A DNA stretch of 64,000 bases from the human T2T-CHM13v2.0 reference genome, Homo sapiens, in the NCBI RefSeq assembly GCF_009914755.1, contig NC_060926.1; one strand, given 5' to 3'. Both the position numbers and the translations under genes were made by a program. The notes beneath the pieces are model-generated. The model saw only the letters and a program-made list of their open reading frames with translations, made no database searches and had not been told where the DNA came from. Every line of letters starts with the position of its first letter. Positions within the stretch are counted from its first letter, which is position 1. This document shows, in pieces, positions 1 through 11,660 of this stretch.

Positions 1-399
1 ATGTGGAGAAGCAGAGACCCAGCAGTCCTGAGGCAGTTGAGGGTGATGCCTGTGGAGCTGCGTTTGGTTTCCTGAGTCAATGACGGCAGAAAGTCTAGCA
101 GTAGTGGCAACTAGGCACACTGATTGGTCTGTGCTCTGTGGTAGGAGTGGCGAAGTCTTCACCAAACTTCATGGTATGATATGGGGCATTACTTATGGCT
201 ACTTATCCCCAAGACTGATTCTCCAGCTTTGCTGAAGGTTTAGGGCCAAAAATAGGAGATTTCAGCATAGTAACTGCTTAAAATGCAATACAAGACCACT
301 CTGGGAATTTCTTACTGCTTGTCTTTTTAGAAACTTGCCTCCAGCCGTGGTTAGTGGGCCTTCTTTCTTCCTAGGTCGTGCCCACAGAGGAATTTATAG

Positions 400-620
400 C
401 AATATTTTTGGATGTTGCAATGTTTGGGAGTCAATGCTGACATTTGGGAGAGAGCAGAGATACTAGTTTTCCTGCAATGTACAGGACAGCCACACACAAT
501 GAAAAATTATCTGTCATCTCCTGTCGTTTTCAAATGTCCCCAGGTTAAAAAAAACACTGTTTATAATTATCTGAGTCTAGAATCTGACTCTGTTTTACAT
601 ACAAAGACAAAATATTTGGG
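400..620 (+). mobile_element. MER20/MER20B-like hAT-Charlie fragment
   Basis: cctgcaatgtacaggacagccacacacaatgaaaaattatctg resembles the MER20 core; boundaries uncertain. Confidence 0.45.
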
Positions 621-2995
621 ACTTTTTGAGGGAAGACTGCATTTGGTTTGGAACTCCCTCAAGGGTCTTTGCTATTTAGAGATGTCACATCTTTAAAGAT
701 GGCAACAGTGCATGTGGTGTTGTCAAGGCAACACCTGAGGTTCAGAGCTTGAGTGTTACCCTCTTCATTTCCCAGATTCTGTGAGTCCCACAAGCATCTT
801 ACTCCTTCATTGTGTATTTTGTAGTGTCCTCCTGGCCAAACACTTGTATATGGTAGACATATTTTTATGTATTCCTCAAATTGCTTCCCTTTTATTTCTC
901 CTTTATATTACCATTAGGAAAGTATATTCAATTTTTTAAGTTCATTTAAATTTTATTTCAAGATAGTCATGGTGACAGTCTAAATTACTTGTTATAAAAA
1001 TGAACAAGTACCATGACCATGACCCTAAAGCCTTCTCTTATTTTCCCACAGTCTTTCAGCCTATCCCCTCCCAAACCTGTTTGTTACTAAAGATCCATCA
1101 GTGTGGAATTTTCAACGTCATTCAATTTTTTAAGATAACATACTTTCCTTCCTGTTAGTTATATACATAAATGCCCTCAGAAAATGACTCTATTCTCACA
1201 ACCATAACATCTTGGGTTAATATTGATTGAAAATTCAATGGCACCTTTCAAATGCTGATGAGAGGGGTTTTAAAACTATCAACTCTCAGGCTCCTGGGAA
1301 CTCAGTTTCTCTCTAAGCTTTATTGGGTGTAAAAAGCATATAGTGAGGCAATCCATACTCTGCTCTAAATGGCCATGTGAGGGAAGAAAGCTTTGCTTTA
1401 TCTCTCTGAATACTTAGAAGGATTTAAATATAAATTAGCACAAGATTTGAAAAAGAGAAAAGAAGTACCATCATACTCTATTTTTTCAGTTACCAATCAT
1501 CAAATTACAGTTGGTGAACTTTTGGGCAGTGTGAGCTACTTGGCCTGATGGTGAGAACACAAAAAGACTCCCCAGGACAAGGTGTCCTCAGCCAGCTCAT
1601 GTGCAGATTGCAGATGGAGCCTCAGTGCCCAGACAACAGTGCCTAAAGGCTTTCTTACTGGTTTCAGGCCTCCTCTTGAATGACAGTCATTCTGAGGATG
1701 ACATTTTAGGGTTAGAATGCTCCTTGACTTTAAAAAACAAACAAACAAACTGAACCTTATCATATTTTACTAGTGGTCCTTGGCTGGTGACAATCTTCGT
1801 ACTACATGTTTTTGCTGGAAATCAAAGTGCGTTAGTCAAATGCCCTTTCAAAACCCTATTATCTCAGCATGCAAAGCCAGCATCTGAGGATTTTCCACAT
1901 TGAATCGACCGGTGTGTACTAAAAGATGTATGTATAGAAAAGGGGAGCTATGGTTTTAAAGAAGACTGAGTTTTCATCATTTTGAAACTGTATAAATTAA
2001 CATGAGTTTCAAATCAACAGTCTGCAATTTTGATTTTATCAACTCAAGAATCCTTGACAGAAGATCTATGGGAGTGACATAAAATGTTCTGGAGATTTTA
2101 ATCAAGATGAGATAATGCATATAAAAGTGAACAGTGAAGTCCCACAAAAAGTATTTTAGGATATGTTACTAATTTTCGTAGTCTCCAGGGCAATGTTTAA
2201 TACAAATTTGCAAACAATACAATAAATATACTCTGAAGCTGGATTCTCATAGTTTAACAGCTGCTCATTGCAAAAAAGAAAAAACTGAAAATAATGGGCA
2301 ACTTTTTAGAACATTCATTAATAACTTTTCTTTTAAAAAATGGATTTTACCTGTTTTATTTTGAGTCAACCAGATATAATCTGAGTGACCAAAAGGAATA
2401 GTTGACCAAAAAGAATAGTATTTTTTTTCCAAATATGTCACCTTTATATGCTGGAAATATTTGCTCAAGATGTGATTCAACTGTCTGCCACACTGGAGAG
2501 CTTTAAAGAATCCTTTTACATTGAAGTGTCAATTATTTCTCTGTTCTTTTCAGGCAGCTGAGTACCCTCTCATCATTGTCAGTTCATCTCATTTTCATTT
2601 TTTAAATGCTAACCAAGAAAGTGGCCGGGTGCTTTGTCTCTGTCTCCTTGTTTTCACAGCCCCCAGTGCAGTCTTTCTTTTTTGTCCTTGTCAGTTTCAT
2701 AACTTTGACCTCAAGGATGTTTTTCAGCCCACAGAGCAACTTGCAGCTTCCCGGGCTCTGCTGTGCAAAAATGCTTTTCGTTTTGTGAGAACTACCTGTG
2801 CCTTGATGTGGTAGAGATACTTCTCTTCTAGAAATTCAGCATGGCACAATAACTTGTTTTCTTGACTTTCACACTGACTCAGGCATTTATTAGGCATAGT
2901 ACTCTAGCAATGTTGGGAAATACATAGAAGAGTTCCCCCATTTCTTGAGAAACGTACATAAAATAAGATGGAAATAACACGTGCTGAATGCTATA

Positions 2996-3306
2996 GAACT
3001 GCTCCATCCAATAGAATAATTGCCAGTTAATTGGTTATTGAGCATTTGAAATGAGGTCTGAATTGAGATGCACCATTAATTGTAAAATACACATTGGATT
3101 TCAAAGATTTACTGAAAAAAATGCAAAGCATCTCAATTTTAAAATACTGATTACATGTTAATGTGATAATATTTTGGATATGTTGGGTTAAGTAATAAGC
3201 ATATATTAAAATTAATTTCACCTGTTTCATTTTACTTTTTTTGCGTGGCTACTAGAAATTCAAAATTGCATCTTTGGCTCACATTATTTCTATTAGGCAG
3301 CATTGT
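2996..3306 (+). mobile_element. MER33/MER3-like hAT-Charlie DNA element
   Basis: tccaatagaa...ttgagcatttgaaatg...gtaaaatacacattggatttcaaaga...gtggctactagaaatt...tttctattaggcagca. Confidence 0.7.
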
Positions 3307-4699
3307 TATAGAAGTTTAGAGAGGAGTGGGGGAGTATGTCCTGTATATGTGGTAGGGCAGACACAGAGAGGCATGGTGGACAGAAAGCCATCTGAGAGGA
3401 GGTGACACTGGAGCTAAGCATTGAATGGTGGCAGCCTCTAGACACACAGAGTGGAGAAGGGATCTCAGCCAGCAGCAGAGAGGCAATGCTGTGTAGTGGG
3501 CAAGGCAGGCTTTGGATGACATCTCAACTCTTATGATAAATTAGTACAGTGCCTAGAACAAGAAAAAGCACTTAATAAGCGGTATCTAATTTTACTAGGA
3601 TGTGAACGTCAGCAAGGTTAAAGGATGATTTAAGGGATGTTAAAATGACATCTAACCTAAAAGTCATTTCCTTAGCTACCATGCCAGAGACACCACCACC
3701 AAAGCCTTTCCTCTCCTTTCACATCACTGCTTATAAAATAATGGCTTATAATCTGAATGTACATATTCATAAGCAGAGGAAAAAAACTATACTTCCCAAT
3801 TGATTTTCATTGTCCTTGTTCCATAAGTGACTTTCTAACATTTGATAACCTTTTTTTTTGCATGTGGAAATAAAAGGTTAGAAGTAAAAATGGACCATTA
3901 TCTTTCCTTTTCTGATTGAAATCCTTAATCACTGTGAACCTCCCCAAAATATTCAATGGTCCACATGTATCCACATCAAAATTATGGATGGCTCTGGAAA
4001 CTAGACCAAACTCTGAGGATGACAGAGTGGCAATTACCAAGTGACACAAGACAAGCTTGGCATATGGCCAAGTTCCCTGGCATTTGGCCAAGTTCCCATT
4101 AAAGCCATATGGATTTACAGAAGGGCTTTATGGCATGCTGATATCTTACTGAAATATTCCAGGAAACTAATATTAGATCAGCACGATAGGTTACTTGGAG
4201 GGTAACTGACTGGAGAGATCATTATAATTTCATACAGAAGTGAGCTTCTTTTAAAGACTGGTGCATGCCACCGGATGGTGGGCTAAGAGTTGTGAGGCCC
4301 CCAGACATGATAGTGGCCCCAAACAAATATATTCTCTCTTCTATCCTGAGGTTCTGGTTACAGGAGCTTTAAGATGACCTTTTCTAAAGGAGTGAAAACA
4401 AAGTCTACACATGACTGTTGATTCAAGCACAAACCCCACAGGCAACTATCTACTAACTTGGTTTCTCTTCCATTTCAACTTCTCTTTTCCCCAGTTATCT
4501 GTTAAGAGAGCCAGAAAAGGGTATATATTGACAGCCCCCATTCACCTCCAAGTTTTACCTTTAGTAGCTGCCTTTATAATAATAATAATATCTAACATTA
4601 CTGAGCACTTACATATACTATTTGTTCAATCCTCATAATACCACCATGCATTAGATATGGTTTAATTTATTAAATTATTTACTAAATATAAATTTATTT

Positions 4700-4974
4700 A
4701 TTACTTTATTAGCTCTTACGGCTTCTGTGAGTCAGGAATTCAGATGAAACATAAGAAGTATAATTTATCTCTGCCCCATGAGGTCTGGCTCAGCTGGAGA
4801 ACTTGAAGACTGCAAAGTTCTGAAGGCTCATTCACTCACGTCTGGTGGTTGACGCTGGCTATCAGCTATGGGTCTAGGTGGGGATATCAGTTGGAACACC
4901 CACATGTGGCCTCTCCATGTGGCCTGGGCTTCCTCACACCATAGTGACTGGGTTTCAATGGCAAATGTGTGTGA

Positions 4975-5016
<42 letters not shown>

Positions 5017-5223
5017 AAGTACCACGCAGAAGCCCTGGCTGGAAGTCATCACTTCTGCCACATCCTTTTATTGAGCCAGTTTCAAAGTTCAGCCCAGATT
5101 CAAGGGAAAGGAATACAGACCCCATCTCTTGATGAAGGAATATCAACATCAGTTCATGAGACTAGCATGTGGCACGAAATATATATTGGTGCAGCTGTCT
5201 TTTGGAAAATATAAACTGCCACA
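4700..5223 (-). mobile_element. MLT1 (G/H-like) MaLR LTR, apparently splitting a MIR (about 4577-4670 and 5225-5350)
   Basis: cacatgtggcctctccatgtggcctgggcttcctcac, cagcccagattcaagg and terminal ggaaaatataaactgccaca; MIR-like halves on both sides. Confidence 0.65.
4966..5016. repeat. Compound (TG)n(GA)n microsatellite
   Basis: Seen directly. Confidence 0.95.
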
Positions 5224-5950
5224 CACTTGTGTTTTATAGATGAAACACCAGAGGCTTAAAGAGTATAAATAAATTGCTTGTGATTATGCAACTGGTAAAA
5301 AGAAAAGCCAAGATAGGAATCTACTGGTTTCCAGAATCCATGCTTTAAAAAAAAATCAGTGTTATACTATATCCCACCCCAAATTCTTTCCAGCTTTAAA
5401 TTTTTAAAGAAATGATAAATTTAAAATAATAGATTTCAATTTCTATTATAGAAAGTATGCCACAGACTTCATAAACCTGGAGTGGGGGTGGTAATACAAG
5501 ATCACGATTATTTTAATGTCCAAATTACAAGAGCTGAAACCTCTAATAATTCAAGTCCTTGATCTTACTGTTTTCCCTAAAATTTCTTTCTCACTATTTC
5601 TATAGCTCCTAAAGAGGTGTGTCTTATGTGCCTACAAACCTATCTGTCCTTTGCGAGACAGATACCCTGACTTTGTTTCCTCTGCCAATGGTGGGACTTC
5701 TGAGATCATCAGTGACAAGGGAGCTGGGTCTTCTCGCTACAGGAGCAGCTGGGGGAGCCAGAGGAGAACTGGTTTTGCACAAAGATAGGAACAAAGACAC
5801 ACATACCAACTCTAAACCACACTTTGTCTTGTCACCTAGGCAGAGAAGTAGCATTGCCTTTCCCAGAGAATGACAGGGTCCATGGAAGCTGATCCTTCCA
5901 TTTCATTTCCACGTCATTCTCATTTCCTTTCACTGATGCTAATTTCTGTC

Positions 5951-5981
<31 letters not shown>

Positions 5982-5987
5982 AGCAGC

Positions 5988-6394
<407 letters not shown>

Positions 6395-6934
6395 TTATGT
6401 TTTTCCTTTCCACCAAAAAACTGCAACAAAGTCTACAGGGAAAGCTCAGCTCATAACACAAGAACTTATGTACCAAACATAACCTCTGACTTCCAGGGTT
6501 AAACACGGGTCTTCTGGTTATAGGTGACCTCACTTTGCTGCCAAAACAATGGGTGCACGTTTCCTTTTCATTTGGATGTCTCAAAGAACAGTGAGGTAGT
6601 TTTCCCTAAACAAAAGAGGAGTTAACTCAAAAACAAATTCTCTTTTTGTACACTGCTCAAAGCTGTGAAAAAAAAGTTTTCCCAGGCTTCTTTCTACTTT
6701 AGTGAGATAACAAGGCCACAGCTTCAGAACTCTTTGCAAGAAGAAAAATTCTTGCTAAGATGTAGCTCAAATATGGGAGCCCAGCTGTGGGGGAGGTAGC
6801 AGAAGACTCTACATTCCACAGCTGGCCTTTCCCTCATGGGATTAGGATACTACTAGTAATAGTAGTGATAGTAATAATGAGGAGGAGGAGAAGGAGGAGG
6901 GGAAAAGGGAGAAGGAGAAGGTGCAGGAGGAGAG

Positions 6935-7140
6935 AAGTAACATGCATTGAATTCTTTCTAAGTGCTGAACACAGTGCTAAATGCTTTCATCTAGTTTCAA
7001 CAGCTAGATGAGGTAGATACCGTTAGGCATGTGTATGAAAAGATGCCGTTTTTTTCAGATAAGGAAACTCAGGTTTAAAGATGTTGACAGTTGAGAGTTG
7101 TCCAAGTCCACACAGCTTGTAAGACGTGAAGTTGGGATTT
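6935..7140 (-). mobile_element. MIR, preceded by a GGA-rich low-complexity tract (6878-6935)
   Basis: cagataaggaaactcagg...gttgtccaagtccacacagcttgtaag matches the MIR core. Confidence 0.6.
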
Positions 7141-7269
7141 ATTAATAGACCCAATTTATTAATAGACCCTATTTATTAATAGACTCCTGAACTCTTCTAT
7201 AGTTTATATCAACTGTCTCCAGCTTCAAATTAGCTGTTAGCTGTTGTTTTCCTAAGAAATCCAATTAGT

Positions 7270-7830
7270 CCAAACTTTATTAAACACTCACTGTGTGCAC
7301 AAATCCACACTAGGACCTGGGATGATAGAAATGGAATAAGATCCTGTTCCTGCTTGAGGAAGCCAGCGGTTCAATAGAGAAGACAACATGCATGGTAGGG
7401 AGGGCTCTTAGGGTTCTCTGGGATCACCAAGTAGGGAGGGATTACTTCTAACCCTGATGTGATCTAGGGAAAATTCTAGAATGTGGTTTTTGCAATGGAA
7501 ATAACTTATAAATACAATTTTGATAGGTAGAAAAGAAAAAAGGGAAAGACATTCTAAACGGAGAAATCATATTAAGAAAAAAGAAGACAAATGGTCTGTT
7601 AAAATGCATGGTATGGAGAGAAGAAGGTTGAATTGTCAGGAGATGGATAGAAAGTTAGGTGGTTTGGGTGAGAGCCTCAAAAGATGGATCAGGAAAGAGA
7701 GAAGGGAAGCCAGTTGTGGTGGGCCCCGCTTGTCCAAAAGGAGTTTGGATTTGTCCTGTGGACAGGGAGAGCCATTCAGAGGCTTTTGTGCAGAGGAGTG
7801 GCAGAATTATCTAGGTGTTTTCAATACCAC
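7270..7830 (-). mobile_element. L2 fragments
   Basis: tttattaaacactcactgtgtgc...gttcctgctt...; purine-rich L2-like gagtttggatttgtcctg...ggagagccatt. Confidence 0.5.
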
Positions 7831-9297
7831 GTAGCTCCTGTAACCCCTCTAGTGGACAGGATTTTTGGATCCACCTTGCATACTTCCAAGCTGGTTGGGG
7901 CACCCCAAAGGGAGGGCCAGACTCATCTTTCACCTCCAGTGCTCTATTTTGTTTCCTTGGGTTGGATTTTTAGTGGCATTGGCTTTCATGTGGCTCTCAC
8001 GTTACTTAGGTATACTCCAACGGTGGGGAAAAAGGCTGAGATCTGTGCTTACATTCTCAACCAGAGGCCAGATGGTGACCACTGGCAGCCATTCTCAGGG
8101 AAGGCAAAGGTTTCCAAGAGGGGAGAAAGTATGTGGGAGAAGAGCAAATCCACTACAGTCCTGAAAGTGACCGGGGAGAGGGAAGGGCGCGGAGAAGGGT
8201 TATTTCACAGTTATAGCCTTTTCCTGGCCTCTTCAATTACATTTGCTTATCTTTGTATTTTTAGCTTTATACAATTGAAATAATTTCTCTTTATGGAAAG
8301 CCTAAGACATGACATTTTTCCAAATGATTTGTTATTCTTTTTTGATACTGTAGAGGTCTTCTTCACTGAGATCTATGAAGAGACTCATCCTTGTTAAGTG
8401 GCCTTTGTGAGAATGGTCTGGAGTCCAGAAAAGTAATCGCTGCAATGCCCATATAATCTCTACCTTGGCTAACCTTGTAAAGCCTGAGCAGACGCCTCTG
8501 TCTGTGCTGCCGACTAGATTAGAGTAGGTGGAATCAGATATTGCGAGAAAATAAAGCAGGCTTTCTACCTCAGTGAAAATTTCTCTTTTCAAACTGACAA
8601 CAGCCTATAAACTGTCTAATTCCATGTGGGCTGCCATGCTTACCCTCAGGCGCTGAGTAGCTCTGGTGTGCAGCTTAAAAGTTAGTCCACCGGTCAAAAC
8701 AGTTACTGGTTGACTGCTGAATTAGGGGGGTTATAGAAGGCATAGAAAACCATATCCTCATGTTTAAGTAAGTTAAGAGGTAATACCTACATGCAAACCT
8801 ATGCAAACTGTTCACCAAGCCTGTAGAAGAAACACTTTGACATTGTTTGGAAGAAGAGAGTAACTGGAGTGCAACTATGACTTCTGTACATTAGGAGGCA
8901 GGTCGGCCCAGGGGCCAGGGTAGACGCCTGCACAGGGCATTTGGCCTAGACTTCCTAAGCGTACCACGTGCCTCAGGTGTAGACATTTGACCCTACCAAT
9001 GTAGGTCAAAATGGAATGGGTCCTAGAACTCCCGAGAGTCACTGACAGCTCTAGAGGGAGAAGACATTCCTTATCAGCCTGAAGTGTATGTGCTAGTCTA
9101 TACTACCCATTGTGCTCTATAATTCCTGTGTTTTAAATAGATTTCATAATTGTCTGATGATGGCACAATTATATTGCATTGTGTTTGTGTGTGTGAATGT
9201 TAATTAGGAAGTTTCTAAAATGGCCAGCTTGTAATTCTGTAGAGCCATTTTGTTATTATTTATTTTAATATACCAGGAGCCTCAAAGAATTAAAGTA

Positions 9298-9987
9298 TGT
9301 TATCAGCAGCAAATCTGTACAGGTCTGCAGCAACCTCTATTCTTGCCTCCTCAGAAGAAAGAATTTAACTGAGGGGTGTAAGGCAGAAGGAGAGAACAAG
9401 GCAAGTTTTAGAGCAGGAGTGAAAGTTTATTTAAAAAATTAGAGCAGGAATGAAAGGAAGTACATTTGGAAGACAGCCAAGCTGGTGACTGGAGAGATCA
9501 AGTGTGCAGTTTGACTTTTGACTTGAGGTTTTATATGTTGGCATGTTTCCGGGGTCTTGCATTCCTTTTCCTGTGATTCTTTCCTTGAGGTGGGCTATCC
9601 GCGTGTGCAGTGGCTTGCTAGCACTTGGGAGAGGAGCATGTGCAGTGCTGGAGTTGTACACATCCTCACTTGAGGTGTTCTTCCCCTACCAGCCAAATGT
9701 CCCTAGAAGGTCAAATGCCAGTTAAACTCTACCATTTTGCCTCTTAATCGGCATGCTTGAGCTCTCTGGCCCAACTCCGGAGATCTTATTGGGAAGCTGC
9801 TGATCACCAGTTTCGGGTTTTTTCTATCTATTAGGAGATTGCCTTTCCCTGGCACTGGCTGCAACCAATTATTATTTTAGAGAAACAGTGTAACAGCCAC
9901 CTGACCATCACCTGATAGTTGCCTGACATTCCTGGTGGTGGTGGGGAGCGTTCTCTTGCCCTGCTCATGCCTGACTAGGTACCTACA
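9298..9987 (-). mobile_element. MER50-family ERV1 solo LTR
   Basis: TG...CA ends, about 690 bp. ggtctgcagcaacctc...gagcaggagtgaaagtttatt (polyA signal on the - strand) and terminal gccctgctcatgcctgactag. Confidence 0.75.
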
Positions 9988-10248
9988 AATGCAGCCTCAC
10001 TTGACCTCCCTGCACTCTGAATATAAGGAAGTTATGGAGCATCCTCAACTTGTCTACTCAGTCCCAGCCATAGAGGAAAACACCTCCAGGTTTGGAAAAC
10101 TGGCGTGCATTAACATGAATTATATGTGTGTCAGTACTTAAGCTTGCCCATTTTAGGTCCTGCTGACTGAGCTGTCCATCTTTCCCTGAAGCAGTCTATA
10201 GCATTTTCTTTTCTTTTTTTAGTAATAAAAATTTTAAATATTTTATTA

Positions 10249-10964
10249 AAGAGACAGGTCTTGCTATGTTTTCCAGGATGTAGTGCAGTAGCTATTCACA
10301 GGCACAGTCCCACTGCTGATCAGCCGGTGTATTAGTCCATTCCTGCACTGCTATAAAGACATACCTGAGACTGGGTAATTTATAAAGAAAAGAGGTTAAT
10401 TGGCTCATGGTTCTGCAGGTTGTACAGTTTTCTCCTTCTGGGAGGGCCTCAAGAAACTTACAATCATGGTGCAAGGTGAAGGGGAAGCAAGCATATCTTA
10501 CATGGCAGGAACAGGAGGAAGATAGACAGGAGAAGGTGCTACACAGTTTTAAACAACAAGATTTTATGAGAACTCTATCATGAGACAGCACTAGGGGAAT
10601 GATGGTAAACCATTAGAAACTGCCCCTATGATTCAATCACCTCCCACCAGGCCCCGCCTCCAACACTGGGGATTACAATTTGACATGAGATTTTGGTGGG
10701 AATTCAGAGCCAAACCATATCAGCAGAGGAGTTTTGACCTGCTCTATTTCCAGCCTGGGCCAGTTCACCCGTCCTCTGGCAACCTGGTGGTCCCCCATTC
10801 CAGGGAGTTTACCATATTGGAAGCAAGCTTAATGCAGACACCTGATCAGCATAGCACCCTGATCAGCATAGCACCCTACATCCCAGGACTCCTGGGCTCA
10901 ACTAATCCCCCTGCCTTGGCCTCCTGAGTAGCTGGGATTACAGTTGCATACCACCAAACCCAGC
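10249..10964 (-). pseudogene. Processed full-length 7SL (SRP RNA) pseudogene interrupted by an MSTA LTR
   Basis: 10249-10327 and 10723-10964 match the reverse complement of 7SL, including S-domain sequence absent from Alu (gagttttgacctgctc...ggcaacctggtggtcccc...accatattg). Decayed poly(A) at about 10204-10248. Degenerate TSD tctatagcattttctt / tttgtagaattgtcct. Confidence 0.9.
10328..10722 (-). mobile_element. MSTA-type MaLR solo LTR inserted in the 7SL pseudogene
   Basis: Termini tgtattagtccatt...ccaaaccatatca; internal ttggctcatggttctgcagg; 395 bp; flanks gccgg / gcaga. Confidence 0.85.
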
Positions 10965-11384
10965 TTTGTAGAATTGTCCTTCTTAAAGCATTTAAGGGGT
11001 AGTCTATGAGCACTCGTTAAATCTACCAAAAATGAGAAGGTTCTGTGTGGAGACAGCACACATGAGGGTTGAGCTGAGAAGATTCCAGCCTAGGAAAATG
11101 AGTAACACTGCAAGTGTTGTTAGCTAATCCTGCCACATGCTCAACTTCGACTACACTTTGACTGATTCTGGCCCAACTCACCTAAGATGGCCAGTTTTAG
11201 TGCGAAAGTTTGCCTGTGTACGTGTGACTTTGGGTCCACACACAGTTATTCTGATTAAATACCTGAGGCCCGTGTTGCCTACACAGGATATCCAGCCACT
11301 GTCCTAGCTCAGCTTCCAGAATAAATCTTTATTGATTGTTAGAAAAAAGTAAGTTTGACATAAAAAACCTCCCAATAACCCTGC

Positions 11385-11660
11385 ATTTCACTCGTTTAAC
11401 AATGATTAACTGAACAGCCCCAGCTGCCAAGGGCTGCCCAAGGCATGGGGTAGAACAGTGACCAGGACAGGCCCTGCTGTCCCCAAGCCCACATGCTGTG
11501 GTGGGAAGACAAGAACAAACAAGTAAATAACTAAACCCACAAGAAGATTTCAGATGGCCATGAGCTATGTGAAGAAAATAACATGGGGTAATTTGATAGA
11601 TTAGGTAGCAACTTTAGATTATATGGTCAGAGTTTGCCGCCAGAGGAAGTGATGTTTGAG
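11385..11660 (-). mobile_element. L2 3' fragment
   Basis: catttcactcgtttaacaa...agaacagtgaccaggacag...gaggaagtgatgtttgagc. Confidence 0.55.

Noticed and set aside
7684-8283. 199-aa ATG ORF
   Set aside because: Starts in L2-like sequence; no recognisable family, promoter or splice structure.
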